From: Candidatus Saccharimonadales bacterium
Lineage (GTDB): Bacteria; Patescibacteriota; Saccharimonadia; Saccharimonadales; DASZAF01
Assembly (NCBI GenBank): GCA_035480055.1
Contig: DATIIB010000009.1
Span: 277,068 to 341,067 of the forward strand
DNA length: 64,000 bases
Direction: 5' to 3'
Shown: positions 56,112 through 64,000 of the stretch, one piece after another
Numbering within the stretch: position 1 is the stretch's first letter
Layout of the letters: every line of letters starts with the position of its first letter
Made by a program: the position numbers and the translations under genes
Notes under the pieces: model-generated
What the model saw: only the letters and a program-made list of their open reading frames with translations
What the model was told of the DNA's origin: nothing
Database searches by the model: none

Positions 56112-57217
56112 TGCCGCGTCCAGCCACAGCCCCGGTCAAAACTGCTGCCAAAAAGCCACACAAGCGTCACTTGGCATTTAAAGAGCGCGAGTATTTTAGC
56201 GAGAACTTGGCATTACTCATCAAGTCAGCGGTGCCAATTGGCGAAGCGCTCGAAGCGCTTGCCACCACTACCCACAACAAAGGCATGAAAAAAACGCTGG
56301 CTGCAATGCAAAACGACATTGAGGTAGGTTACTCGCTGGCCGATGCCCTGGAACGGTCGGGGATTGTCAGCAGCCAAACGCTGGCGCTCGTGCGACTGGG
56401 CGAGCATTCTGGACATTTGGTAGAAAATCTCCAGCTAGCTGCGCAACAAGAAGAGAAGCGCCATACCTTTCGGGCCAAAGTTCGATCAGCCTTGATTTAC
56501 CCAGCTTTTGTTTTAAGCCTAACCGTGCTGGTGGGGCTAGGCGTTGCCTGGTTCTTGCTGCCGCGACTGGCTAACACTTTTTCACAGCTGAGTGTCAAAC
56601 TGCCCTTTATCTCACGACTTTTAATTAACTTCGGCATCTTTTTAAAAGCGCATGGGCTGATTGCCGTGCCATTATTTATTGCCGCATGTATTGGCCTGGC
56701 CTATCTGCTCTTTGGGTTCCGTTACACTAAAAGTATTGGCCAACGGCTGCTCTTTGCGCTGCCCGGTATTGGAAAATTGATGCACGAAATTGAGATTGCC
56801 CAGTTTGGCTATCTGCTGGGTACCTTGCTTGAAGCTGGGCTGCCTATTACTCAAGCGCTCATTTTGCTCGCTCATGCCAGTACAGCCGATCAATACCAGC
56901 GTTTGCACCAGTATCTGGCTCAGGCGCTTGATGACGGCTACAGCTTTAAAGATAGCCTCGGCAATTACAAACCAAGCAACAAACTGCTCCCGCCAGCGGT
57001 GCAGCAGATGATTATTGCCGGAGAGCGATCAGGGTCACTCTCCGAAGTGCTGCTGACCGTGGGACGAACCTACGAGCAAAAAGCCGACATTACCACCGAA
57101 AATCTGGAAGTCATCCTGGAACCAATCATGTTAGTGATCGTTTGGATTGGCGTGATGTTGGTGGCTATTGCGGTCATCATTCCTATTTATAGCTTGGTCG
57201 GGGGACTCAACAAATGA
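56111..57217 (+). CDS. pilC: type IV pilus platform protein PilC (GspF family)
   Basis: 368 aa with two T2SSF repeats and three TM helices. Its start overlaps the pilB stop. Confidence 0.9.
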   Translation: MPRPATAPVKTAAKKPHKRHLAFKEREYFSENLALLIKSAVPIGEALEALATTTHNKGMKKTLAAMQNDIEVGYSLADALERSGIVSSQTLALVRLGEHSGHLVENLQLAAQQEEKRHTFRAKVRSALIYPAFVLSLTVLVGLGVAWFLLPRLANTFSQLSVKLPFISRLLINFGIFLKAHGLIAVPLFIAACIGLAYLLFGFRYTKSIGQRLLFALPGIGKLMHEIEIAQFGYLLGTLLEAGLPITQALILLAHASTADQYQRLHQYLAQALDDGYSFKDSLGNYKPSNKLLPPAVQQMIIAGERSGSLSEVLLTVGRTYEQKADITTENLEVILEPIMLVIVWIGVMLVAIAVIIPIYSLVGGLNK

Positions 57218-57651
57218 ACCGCGCAGACGGATTCACCCTTATTGAAGTCTTGTTGTCGGTGACGATCATCGGCATGCTGGTTGGTATTTCGGTGCCGGTG
57301 TACGAATCGTTTGTTCGCCGCAACGATCTTGACCTGACCGCGCAGGTTATAAGCGCCACTCTGCGGCGTGCCGAAACCTACGCGCGGGCCGTTAATGGCG
57401 ACAATGCCTGGAGCGTCGAGATTCAAGCATCCACCGTGACGCTTTTTCAGGGCACCAGCTTTGCCTCGCGCAATACAGCTTACGATGAAACACTCAGCAT
57501 TCCTAACTCCATCACTCCCAGCGGGCTGAGCGAGATACAATTTGCCAAATTCAGTGCCGCGCCCAATGCCACCGGGAGCATCACGCTTTCAAGCACCACT
57601 AATTCCACAAGGACGATTACAGTCAATGCTAAAGGAACGGTCGATTATTAG
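57214..57651 (+). CDS. prepilin-type minor pilin (GspH/FimT-like)
   Basis: 145 aa. N-terminal cleavage/methylation motif G-FTLIEVLLSVTIIGML. Confidence 0.8.
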   Translation: MNRADGFTLIEVLLSVTIIGMLVGISVPVYESFVRRNDLDLTAQVISATLRRAETYARAVNGDNAWSVEIQASTVTLFQGTSFASRNTAYDETLSIPNSITPSGLSEIQFAKFSAAPNATGSITLSSTTNSTRTITVNAKGTVDY

Positions 57652-59518
57652 TCCAGATTCTTCACCGGCATCGCAACGCGGCTTCTCGATAGTGGAAGTG
57701 CTGCTGGCTGCCACTGTGTTTGGCTTTCTGGTAACTGGGTTGATTGGCGCAGTGGTCTATGGCCGAAGTTCAACCGCTAATTCGGGTGACCATATTCGGG
57801 CTAATTTACTCGCTGAAGAAGGCATTGAAGCCACCCGTAACATTGGCGCTGCCTCATATGCCAACCTGGTGGATACGAGCGGCGCAAGCTCCAATGTGGG
57901 CGATACTACTGTGGAAGGAGGCAGTGACTCTAACGCTAATGGGACTAGCGCGCTCAAGGTAACGACTGGAGCATCGAGCGGCACAGTCTCGCTGCTTTCT
58001 GCGTACATTAAGACTATCGATGCCACGAATTCTCATGTGCAGATGGCGCTCTATGCCGATTCCAGCGGCACCCCTGGCGCGCGATTGGCAGTAAGTTCGG
58101 TCCAAACCGCTGTAGCCAACAGCTGGAACACTTTTTCAATTTCTAGCGTCACTGTAACGGCAAGCACCACCTATTGGATCGCCATAAGCGAAGATGGAAC
58201 TACTCAATTTGCAGATGGTGGTGCAACTGGCAGTGTGGCAGCCTACCACGCGCCGGGCGGGTATCCGGCACCAGACCCCTTTGGTCAAACTGGAAACCAA
58301 ACAACAGACAAACCTTCTTTTTATATGACAGTCGGCAGTGGTGGAAGTTATGGTTTGGCGCAATCCGGCGGCAGCTGGGCGTTTACGGGTACCTCCGACA
58401 CGGCAGATATCTTTACCCGCAAGATTACCATTACCACCAGCAGCACCAATCGCAAAACCGTCACCAGTACCGTCACCTGGCCTGAGCCGGGCGGAACAAC
58501 CGGGACAGTCACGCTCACGGCCGAACTTACCAACTGGGCGGCAGCAACCAAGCTATGGACCAATGCCGTAGTGGCAGGCAGCGCCAACCCTGCGACCGCC
58601 GGAGTGCGAGTGGCTACGCAAGGCAACTACGCGTACGAAGTCCTTAATGGCTCCACCAACAACTTTGTAATCCTTAACATTTCCAACCCAGCTTCACCAA
58701 GCGTCGTAAGCACTACTTCGTTTAGCGGCACTCCTACCAACATCTTTGTCAGCGGTAACTATGCGTATGTGACCACCAGCACCAACACAACTTCGCTTGA
58801 GATTATCGACATCACCACGCCGGCCACGCCAGTTCTTAAATCAAGCGTCAGTATGACGGGCGCGGTAGCCGCGCTGGGTGTTTTTGTCAGTGGCAATTAC
58901 GCGTATGTTGCGCGCGCATCCAGCATCACCACCGGCGCCAATGAGTTTACTATCGTGAACGTCAGCAGCCCCACAGCCCCAAGCGTGGTCGGCGGCTATA
59001 ACAACGATATCCAAATGAACGAAGTGTATGTCTCGGGCAACTATGCCTACGTTGCCACCAGCTCCACCAGCGCCGAAATGTTGGTGATTAACGTCACCAC
59101 CCCAGCCAGTCCCACGCTCGCCGCCACCTATAATCCATCCACTCCAAACATTGCAGCACTTACCGTCACTGGTTATGGAAGTACCGTGTTATTGGGAATG
59201 AGCACCACGCTCGATGCCATTAATGTCGCAACGCCGACCGCTCCCGCCCGGCTGGGCACCTTTACCGCCGCGGGCACCATTCAAGATATCGATGTGGACA
59301 TCACTAATAAATATGCTTTCCTAAGCACCACCAGCACCACAGGGGAATTCCAGGTTGTAAACGTCACCACTCCAGCCAGTATGACCCTGGCCAAAACCGT
59401 TGATGTCAGCGGCACCACCAGCACCGTCAACGGCATTGCCTACAATAAATCCCTCGACATTGTCACCGGCAGCAGCCTCTCCACGACGCAACGTTTCTTA
59501 ACCTTTACGAGGAATTAG
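57626..59518 (+). CDS. large pilin-like protein with LVIVD-type beta-propeller repeats (putative tip adhesin)
   Basis: ORF 57542..59518. The ATG at 57626 gives MLKERSI...QRGFSIVEVLLAATVFGFLV (a prepilin-like N-terminus). The C-terminal half has about 6 repeats of SGNYAYV.TS......L.I.(D/N)(I/V)T.PA.P. Confidence 0.75.
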   Translation: MLKERSIISPDSSPASQRGFSIVEVLLAATVFGFLVTGLIGAVVYGRSSTANSGDHIRANLLAEEGIEATRNIGAASYANLVDTSGASSNVGDTTVEGGSDSNANGTSALKVTTGASSGTVSLLSAYIKTIDATNSHVQMALYADSSGTPGARLAVSSVQTAVANSWNTFSISSVTVTASTTYWIAISEDGTTQFADGGATGSVAAYHAPGGYPAPDPFGQTGNQTTDKPSFYMTVGSGGSYGLAQSGGSWAFTGTSDTADIFTRKITITTSSTNRKTVTSTVTWPEPGGTTGTVTLTAELTNWAAATKLWTNAVVAGSANPATAGVRVATQGNYAYEVLNGSTNNFVILNISNPASPSVVSTTSFSGTPTNIFVSGNYAYVTTSTNTTSLEIIDITTPATPVLKSSVSMTGAVAALGVFVSGNYAYVARASSITTGANEFTIVNVSSPTAPSVVGGYNNDIQMNEVYVSGNYAYVATSSTSAEMLVINVTTPASPTLAATYNPSTPNIAALTVTGYGSTVLLGMSTTLDAINVATPTAPARLGTFTAAGTIQDIDVDITNKYAFLSTTSTTGEFQVVNVTTPASMTLAKTVDVSGTTSTVNGIAYNKSLDIVTGSSLSTTQRFLTFTRN

Positions 59519-59519
59519 C

Positions 59520-60041
59520 ATGAGAGAGAGCGACGTATCATCGCAAGCTGGCTACACACTTCTTGAATTGCTGTTGTACGTTGCGATCGTCGGCAGCTTG
59601 CTCACTTCTGTGACCTATTTCTTTGGCGTGGCAGTGGATGCCAGAGTCAAAAATCAGACCATTTCTGAAGTCAACGAGCAGGGGACCGCTGCCATGGATT
59701 ACCTCACCCAAACCATCCGCAATGCAACCGCCATCAGCGCACCGGCAGCAGCAGCCAGTGCCTCCGCACTGACCGTCACTGTGCCAACTGGTAGTTTGAG
59801 CCCGACCATCTTTAATCTCAGCGGCACCAGCGCCCTTCAAGTCCAAGAGGGGAGCGGCGGACAAATACCGCTGACCAGCAATGATGTCACCATCTCCGGG
59901 CTCACCTTTACCAATCTCACCAAATCAGGCACCAGCGGCACCGTGCAGGTGAAGTTTACCGTTTCCCGAGTGAATCCCAGCAGCCGTAACGAATACGATT
60001 ACCAAAAAACCTTCACCAGTTCCGCGGAGATAGGCTGGTGA
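59520..60041 (+). CDS. prepilin-type minor pilin (PilW/GspJ-like)
   Basis: 173 aa. QAGYTLLELLLYVAIVGSLL N-terminal motif. Confidence 0.75.
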   Translation: MRESDVSSQAGYTLLELLLYVAIVGSLLTSVTYFFGVAVDARVKNQTISEVNEQGTAAMDYLTQTIRNATAISAPAAAASASALTVTVPTGSLSPTIFNLSGTSALQVQEGSGGQIPLTSNDVTISGLTFTNLTKSGTSGTVQVKFTVSRVNPSSRNEYDYQKTFTSSAEIGW

Positions 60042-60439
60042 TGAATAACCGCCGAACCCACGAATCAGGATACATTGCGTTGCTCGCCGTGCTCATCATC
60101 GGAGCGGCAACCACGGCCATTGCTTTAGTGCTTCTGACCACCGGCACCAATAGCCAGCGCAGTGGACTGATCGAGCAACAATCCAAACAGGCCCGCGCAT
60201 TAGCCACTGCGTGTGCGCATGAAGCCCTCCAACAAATCCATGACAATATCGCTTTTGCTGGCACAAACTCACTCTCGCTGGGGCAGGGGAGTTGCACTTA
60301 TACCGTCACTGTAACTGCCGGAACCACACGGACTATTACCACAACTGGAACGGTCGGCAGCGTTGTCAAAAAGGTACAAGCGTATGTTACAATTGGGACA
60401 TCAAGCATAAGCATTACTTCTTGGCAAGAGGTAAGCTGA
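60038..60439 (+). CDS. PilX-like minor pilin / pilus assembly protein
   Basis: 133 aa. ESGYIALLAVLIIGAATTAIALVLL is a hydrophobic N-terminus without a canonical G/F-E site, as in the PilX_N family. Confidence 0.6.
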   Translation: MMNNRRTHESGYIALLAVLIIGAATTAIALVLLTTGTNSQRSGLIEQQSKQARALATACAHEALQQIHDNIAFAGTNSLSLGQGSCTYTVTVTAGTTRTITTTGTVGSVVKKVQAYVTIGTSSISITSWQEVS

Positions 60440-60472
60440 TGATAATAGTACTAAAAGAAAGGGTTGGGCCGT

Positions 60473-60934
60473 ATGTTAAGCATTAAAAACATGAAGCAAG
60501 CAGGATTTACGCTGCTGGAAGTCTTGCTGGTAGTTGCAATTATCGCAATTTTGGCAGGTATCGTTATAATCGCAATTAATCCTGGGAAAAACCTTGGTGA
60601 CACGCGTAACTCTCAGCGATCGGCTGACGTAAATACCATTCTTAACGGTACCTACCAGTATTCGTTAGACAACAACGGAACGCTTCCTGCAGGAATTACT
60701 ACAACAGCAACCGAAGTTTGCGCAACTGGTGCGGCAAGCTGTACCGGACTTGTTGACCTTAGTGCGCTGACCACAAGCGGTAAGTACCTTGTGTCGATTC
60801 CCAAAGATCCACAATGTGCCACTGTGTGTGCAACCAATGGCGCTGGATACAAGATCGCCAAAGACGCCAACGGGCGCTTGATCGTCAATGCGCCATATGC
60901 TGAACAGGGCAAGACTATCTCGGTGACTAAGTAG
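60473..60934 (+). CDS. type IV major pilin candidate (PilA-like)
   Basis: ORF 60464..60934. The leader ends ...MKQAG|FTLLEVLLVVAIIAILAGIVIIAINP. Four Cys in the C-terminal half could form disulfide pairs. The start is ambiguous (60473 or 60491). Confidence 0.85.
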   Translation: MLSIKNMKQAGFTLLEVLLVVAIIAILAGIVIIAINPGKNLGDTRNSQRSADVNTILNGTYQYSLDNNGTLPAGITTTATEVCATGAASCTGLVDLSALTTSGKYLVSIPKDPQCATVCATNGAGYKIAKDANGRLIVNAPYAEQGKTISVTK

Positions 60935-60945
60935 GATAGGACACT

Positions 60946-61086
60946 ATGGCAAACGCTCCAAAAACTGGCCGCACCCGCACCTCCAAAGCGGGGCGGCCCG
61001 CAAATCAATCTACTACTTGGATGATTTGGCTATTCACTACGCTCAGCTTAGTTTTTCTGGCGCTGATTGTGTGGCGATACCGTTAA
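60946..61086 (+). CDS. unlisted small ORF: 46 aa basic N-terminus plus single TM helix
   Basis: My own translation: MANAPKTGRTRTSKAGRPANQSTTWMIWLFTTLSLVFLALIVWRYR*. It is below the 60 aa cutoff of the ORF track. A weak AGGA lies upstream. Confidence 0.4.
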   Translation: MANAPKTGRTRTSKAGRPANQSTTWMIWLFTTLSLVFLALIVWRYR

Positions 61087-61117
61087 ACTCCCGTCAGGGC
61101 AAAGGAGGGCATCCCTA

Positions 61118-61528
61118 ATGGCAAAAACGAGTACATTTGATATGCGAGTGCGGGGTCAGTTAATCATGCTGACCGCCGCATTTCTGCTTGGCATGGGCGT
61201 GAACCTTACGGGGCTCCCGTCGGAAGTGAGTGGGACAGCCAAGACTGCAACGTCGATTTTTCTGGGGTTGCATGCGTTCATCGCCTTAGGTCTACTGATA
61301 GGCGCAGCGCTGACTGTGCGCCAAGCCAGGCAGTTCGGCACTGATTATATTCAAAAAGCTTGGATTGCCGCAACGCTGGTGGTCTTGACCATTATTTCCG
61401 GCGTGCTCACTATTGGGCTTGATAGTAATTGGTGGTCATATGCAATGGCAGTTGGGTTTATCGCTTCGTTTGTCATCTATGGGCGACTATATCTACAAGT
61501 TTTTATATCTCACCATAATTCTAAGTGA
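61118..61528 (+). CDS. hypothetical membrane protein (4 TM)
   Basis: ORF 61067..61528. The ATG at 61118 has AAGGAGGG 8 nt upstream. Confidence 0.6.
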   Translation: MAKTSTFDMRVRGQLIMLTAAFLLGMGVNLTGLPSEVSGTAKTATSIFLGLHAFIALGLLIGAALTVRQARQFGTDYIQKAWIAATLVVLTIISGVLTIGLDSNWWSYAMAVGFIASFVIYGRLYLQVFISHHNSK

Positions 61529-61590
61529 TATACTTATATACGCATTGACTACATATTTAGGGTTTTCACTCAACGTTCCTCTTTACAACA

Positions 61591-62613
61591 ATGCTTCGCT
61601 TCATTTGGTCTGAACCTTCACCGCTTTACTCCGGCCGCGGTGGCTCGGAGAACTATACCATTGGGCAAGTGCGCGAGCTGCAGCGCCGCGGCATTGCAGC
61701 CGAAATCGTCACTGTCGGCCATGGCAAACATGATGGACGAGATTGCCTTCCTGATATCTCGTTTCGTGATGTCGACAGCATTGATGACCTTGCCAAGCTG
61801 GATGGCACGCTTATTTTTGTGTACACGCCACACCCTGTGCAGACCCGCAATCCTTCCTTTACCATCCTGCATGCGCCGCCAACCGTGAAGATGAAACAGC
61901 CCAAGTCACACTTTGTCGAGTCGGCAAAATACACTCGATTCCTCACTAACAGCAAGTTCATGCAAAAAGTATGGGGCGATTATTTGGGCATTAAGCCAAA
62001 CGCTTTTTCGATCGTTTCGCCATTTGCTGATCCGTGCTTTGGCCAAGTGCCGCGTCCTGCTACAAAGCGTAAAGAAGTAAATGTCCTTTACGGCGGACGA
62101 TTACACATAGAGAAGGGGATATATACATTATTAGAAGCTTTGCATCACGATATCCTTAGTACGGGATATCGTTTTTCGATTACCACCGCGGGTAATCAGA
62201 CGCCAGACGGTAAGCTGATCGAAGATTTTGCGCGGCATCATCCATTGATCAATATTATTCCCGCTCGCACGACACCACCCAAAATGGCACAGTTATTTAC
62301 CGAACACGATATTGTGGTAATGCCCTCCAACCACAAGTACTGGCATGAAGCCTTTGGCATGCTCTCAGTTGAGGCGCAGCATGCGGGATGCCGAGTAGTG
62401 GCCAGTAACGATGGCGGACTTCCTGAGACCGATTGTGGCAGCTTGAGCTTATTCGAACCTGGCAACTCCTATGCGCTTGCAAAAGCCATTCAGGCTGCGG
62501 CCAAAGCAGGACCGGTCTCGATTGCCGACCGCATTCGCGCCACCACGCACTTCACTCTTTCGGCGTCTGTAGATGCTTTGCTCGGAGTCCTCAAAGTTCA
62601 TGCGGCAGTATAA
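61591..62613 (+). CDS. glycosyltransferase family 4 (GT-B, GT1/GT4-like)
   Basis: 340 aa. N-terminal GRGGSENY, and C-terminal E..FGMLSVEAQHAGCRVVASNDGGLPE signature. Confidence 0.8.
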   Translation: MLRFIWSEPSPLYSGRGGSENYTIGQVRELQRRGIAAEIVTVGHGKHDGRDCLPDISFRDVDSIDDLAKLDGTLIFVYTPHPVQTRNPSFTILHAPPTVKMKQPKSHFVESAKYTRFLTNSKFMQKVWGDYLGIKPNAFSIVSPFADPCFGQVPRPATKRKEVNVLYGGRLHIEKGIYTLLEALHHDILSTGYRFSITTAGNQTPDGKLIEDFARHHPLINIIPARTTPPKMAQLFTEHDIVVMPSNHKYWHEAFGMLSVEAQHAGCRVVASNDGGLPETDCGSLSLFEPGNSYALAKAIQAAAKAGPVSIADRIRATTHFTLSASVDALLGVLKVHAAV

Positions 62614-62619
62614 CCAACC

Positions 62620-62628
62620 TGGTATCAT
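62620..62628 (+). promoter_or_regulatory. extended -10 promoter TGgTATCAT 6 nt upstream of the GH13 ATG (leaderless-type)
   Basis: ccTGGTATCATacagatATG. Confidence 0.5.
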
Positions 62629-62634
62629 ACAGAT

Positions 62635-64000
62635 ATGACTTCGTCGTCGCACTGGTTTCGCAGCGCAGTAGTGTATCAAATTTACATCCGCAGTTTTTTT
62701 GACGCCAGTGATGACGGTGTTGGAGATCTTGCTGGAGTCATCCAAAAACTAGATTACTTACGCGGTGGTCCAGATTCGCTCAATATCGACGCCATTTGGC
62801 TGTCACCGTTTTACCCGTCGCCCATGGCCGATTACGGCTACGACGTCAGCAACTACCGCGATGTTGATCCGCAATTTGGCACACTCAGCACCTTTCGCGA
62901 GCTTCTGGCTCAGGCGCACGATCGTGGCCTTAAGGTATTGGTAGACTTTGTGCCAAATCACTCTTCGGATGAACACCCCTGGTTCAAAGTATCCCGTCAA
63001 TCGCGCCATAACCCCAAACGCGATTGGTATATTTGGCGCGACCCCAAGGCTGATGGTTCGCCGCCCACCAACTGGCTCAGCGTGTTTGGTGGATCGGCAT
63101 GGGAACTTGATCCGCAGACTGGGCAATATTATCTCCATAGCTTTTTGTCTAAACAACCCGATCTGAACTGGGCGAATCCAGAAGTCCGCGCCGCCATGAA
63201 AGAAGTTATGCGTTTCTGGCTTGATCTTGGCGTTGACGGCCTACGCGTCGATGCCGTGGACTGGCTGTCCAAAGATCTTGACCCGCTCGCTGATGACCCG
63301 TTAGACCCTGCATACGACCCTGCAACGCAAAAACCTTACTACAGTCTCCGACATCTCCACAGCAAAAAGGGGAGTCAGGAATTTACATACCTCCGCGAAA
63401 TGGCCGAGGTGATCGAGAGCTACCCCGAACGATTTATGATCACCGAAATGCACACTCATCAATGGGACGATGCCAAAACCTACCGCAACTTTTACACCAA
63501 GGTTGACCCGGCGGTCAGTGCGCCGTTTAATTTTGAAGGGATTTTTTCACCCTGGACCGCCAAAAGTTTTAAAGATTTTATTAATGACTTCCAAAAACTG
63601 CTCAAAGGCGACGATGTCCCGGTTTATTGCCTTGGCAATCACGACAAGTCCCGACTCGCCAGCCGCATTGGACGCCGCGCGGCACGAACCGCCGCGGTCT
63701 TGCTGCTGACATTGCCCGGAATGCCAGTCATCTACAATGGCGACGAACTGGGTATGGTCGATGGCGAGATGCGCCGCGAGGAAAAAGAAGATCGAACCCC
63801 AGAACGCACGCCGTTTCCCTGGAACGATCACCCCCAAGCCGGTTTTACCAGTGGCACACCATGGCTACCCGTTACTCCTGAATATCCGCGGCTCAATGCG
63901 GCCACGCAGCTGGCGGAACCGTCATCGCTGCTGACGCTCTACCGTAGATTACTCGACCTACGACACCATTCTGAAGCCTTGCAACATGGCCGACATCAGT
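62635..64000 (+). CDS. alpha-amylase family glycoside hydrolase, GH13 (alpha-glucosidase / oligo-1,6-glucosidase / trehalose-synthase-like), 3'-truncated by the window edge
   Basis: Not in the ORF track because there is no stop before the window end. My own translation from ATG 62635: MTSSSHWFRSAVVYQIYIRSFFDASDDGVGDL...AIWLSPFYPSPMADYGYDVSNYRDVDPQFG...VLVDFVPNHSSDEHPWF...GVDGLRVDAVDW...GNHDKSR...PVIYNGDELGM. These are GH13 regions I, II and IV. Confidence 0.9.
   Translation, partial: MTSSSHWFRSAVVYQIYIRSFFDASDDGVGDLAGVIQKLDYLRGGPDSLNIDAIWLSPFYPSPMADYGYDVSNYRDVDPQFGTLSTFRELLAQAHDRGLKVLVDFVPNHSSDEHPWFKVSRQSRHNPKRDWYIWRDPKADGSPPTNWLSVFGGSAWELDPQTGQYYLHSFLSKQPDLNWANPEVRAAMKEVMRFWLDLGVDGLRVDAVDWLSKDLDPLADDPLDPAYDPATQKPYYSLRHLHSKKGSQEFTYLREMAEVIESYPERFMITEMHTHQWDDAKTYRNFYTKVDPAVSAPFNFEGIFSPWTAKSFKDFINDFQKLLKGDDVPVYCLGNHDKSRLASRIGRRAARTAAVLLLTLPGMPVIYNGDELGMVDGEMRREEKEDRTPERTPFPWNDHPQAGFTSGTPWLPVTPEYPRLNAATQLAEPSSLLTLYRRLLDLRHHSEALQHGRHQ

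Noticed and set aside
62803-63156. 117 aa minus-strand ORF
   Set aside because: It is antisense to the clearly recognisable GH13 coding frame, which is absent from the ORF track only because it lacks a stop inside the window.

Overview
This 64 kb window looks like a compact, gene-dense bacterial chromosome segment with about 50% GC and standard code 11. UGA is used as a stop codon. The gene content resembles a reduced-genome, Gram-positive-type CPR/Patescibacteria organism such as Saccharibacteria: a complete F1Fo ATP synthase operon with atpZ, a class E-like sortase, PEGA/DUF3048/DUF4367-type envelope proteins, a type IV pilus locus and few biosynthetic genes. That taxonomic guess is inference only.

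Recognisable content:
- Three tRNAs (Gln-UUG, Leu-CAA, Glu-CUC) plus one tRNA-like remnant.
- Housekeeping genes: rlmH, a UvrD-type helicase fused to a PD-(D/E)XK nuclease, atpZBEFHAGDC, clpB behind a CIRCE operator, nfo, gltX and pyrH.
- Three sensor kinases and three stand-alone receiver proteins.
- A pilB-pilC-pilin cluster.
- An accessory stretch next to tRNA-Glu (about 40.0-49.1 kb). It carries a serine-recombinase remnant, an Ada-AlkA fusion with a truncated ogt, and a tail-fibre-like/beta-helix gene pair.

I saw no rRNA, CRISPR array, intact transposase or reverse transcriptase.

The most unusual signal is a roughly 380 nt non-coding interval at 29477-29856, between the convergent sortase and PEGA genes. 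By eye it folds into a long closing stem and three long hairpins. Its arms are rich in CCUCC (5' arm) and GGAGG (3' arm), and I cannot match it to RNase P, tmRNA, SRP or 6S RNA.

Secondary observations:
- A sensor-kinase/CheY-like block runs straight into the pilus genes.
- One giant pilin-like protein carries LVIVD-type repeats.
- A strongly acidic small ORF sits inside the atp operon.
- Many genes have a -10 box 6-10 nt upstream of the start codon, suggesting leaderless transcripts.

All folds, motif matches and family assignments were made by eye and need computational confirmation.
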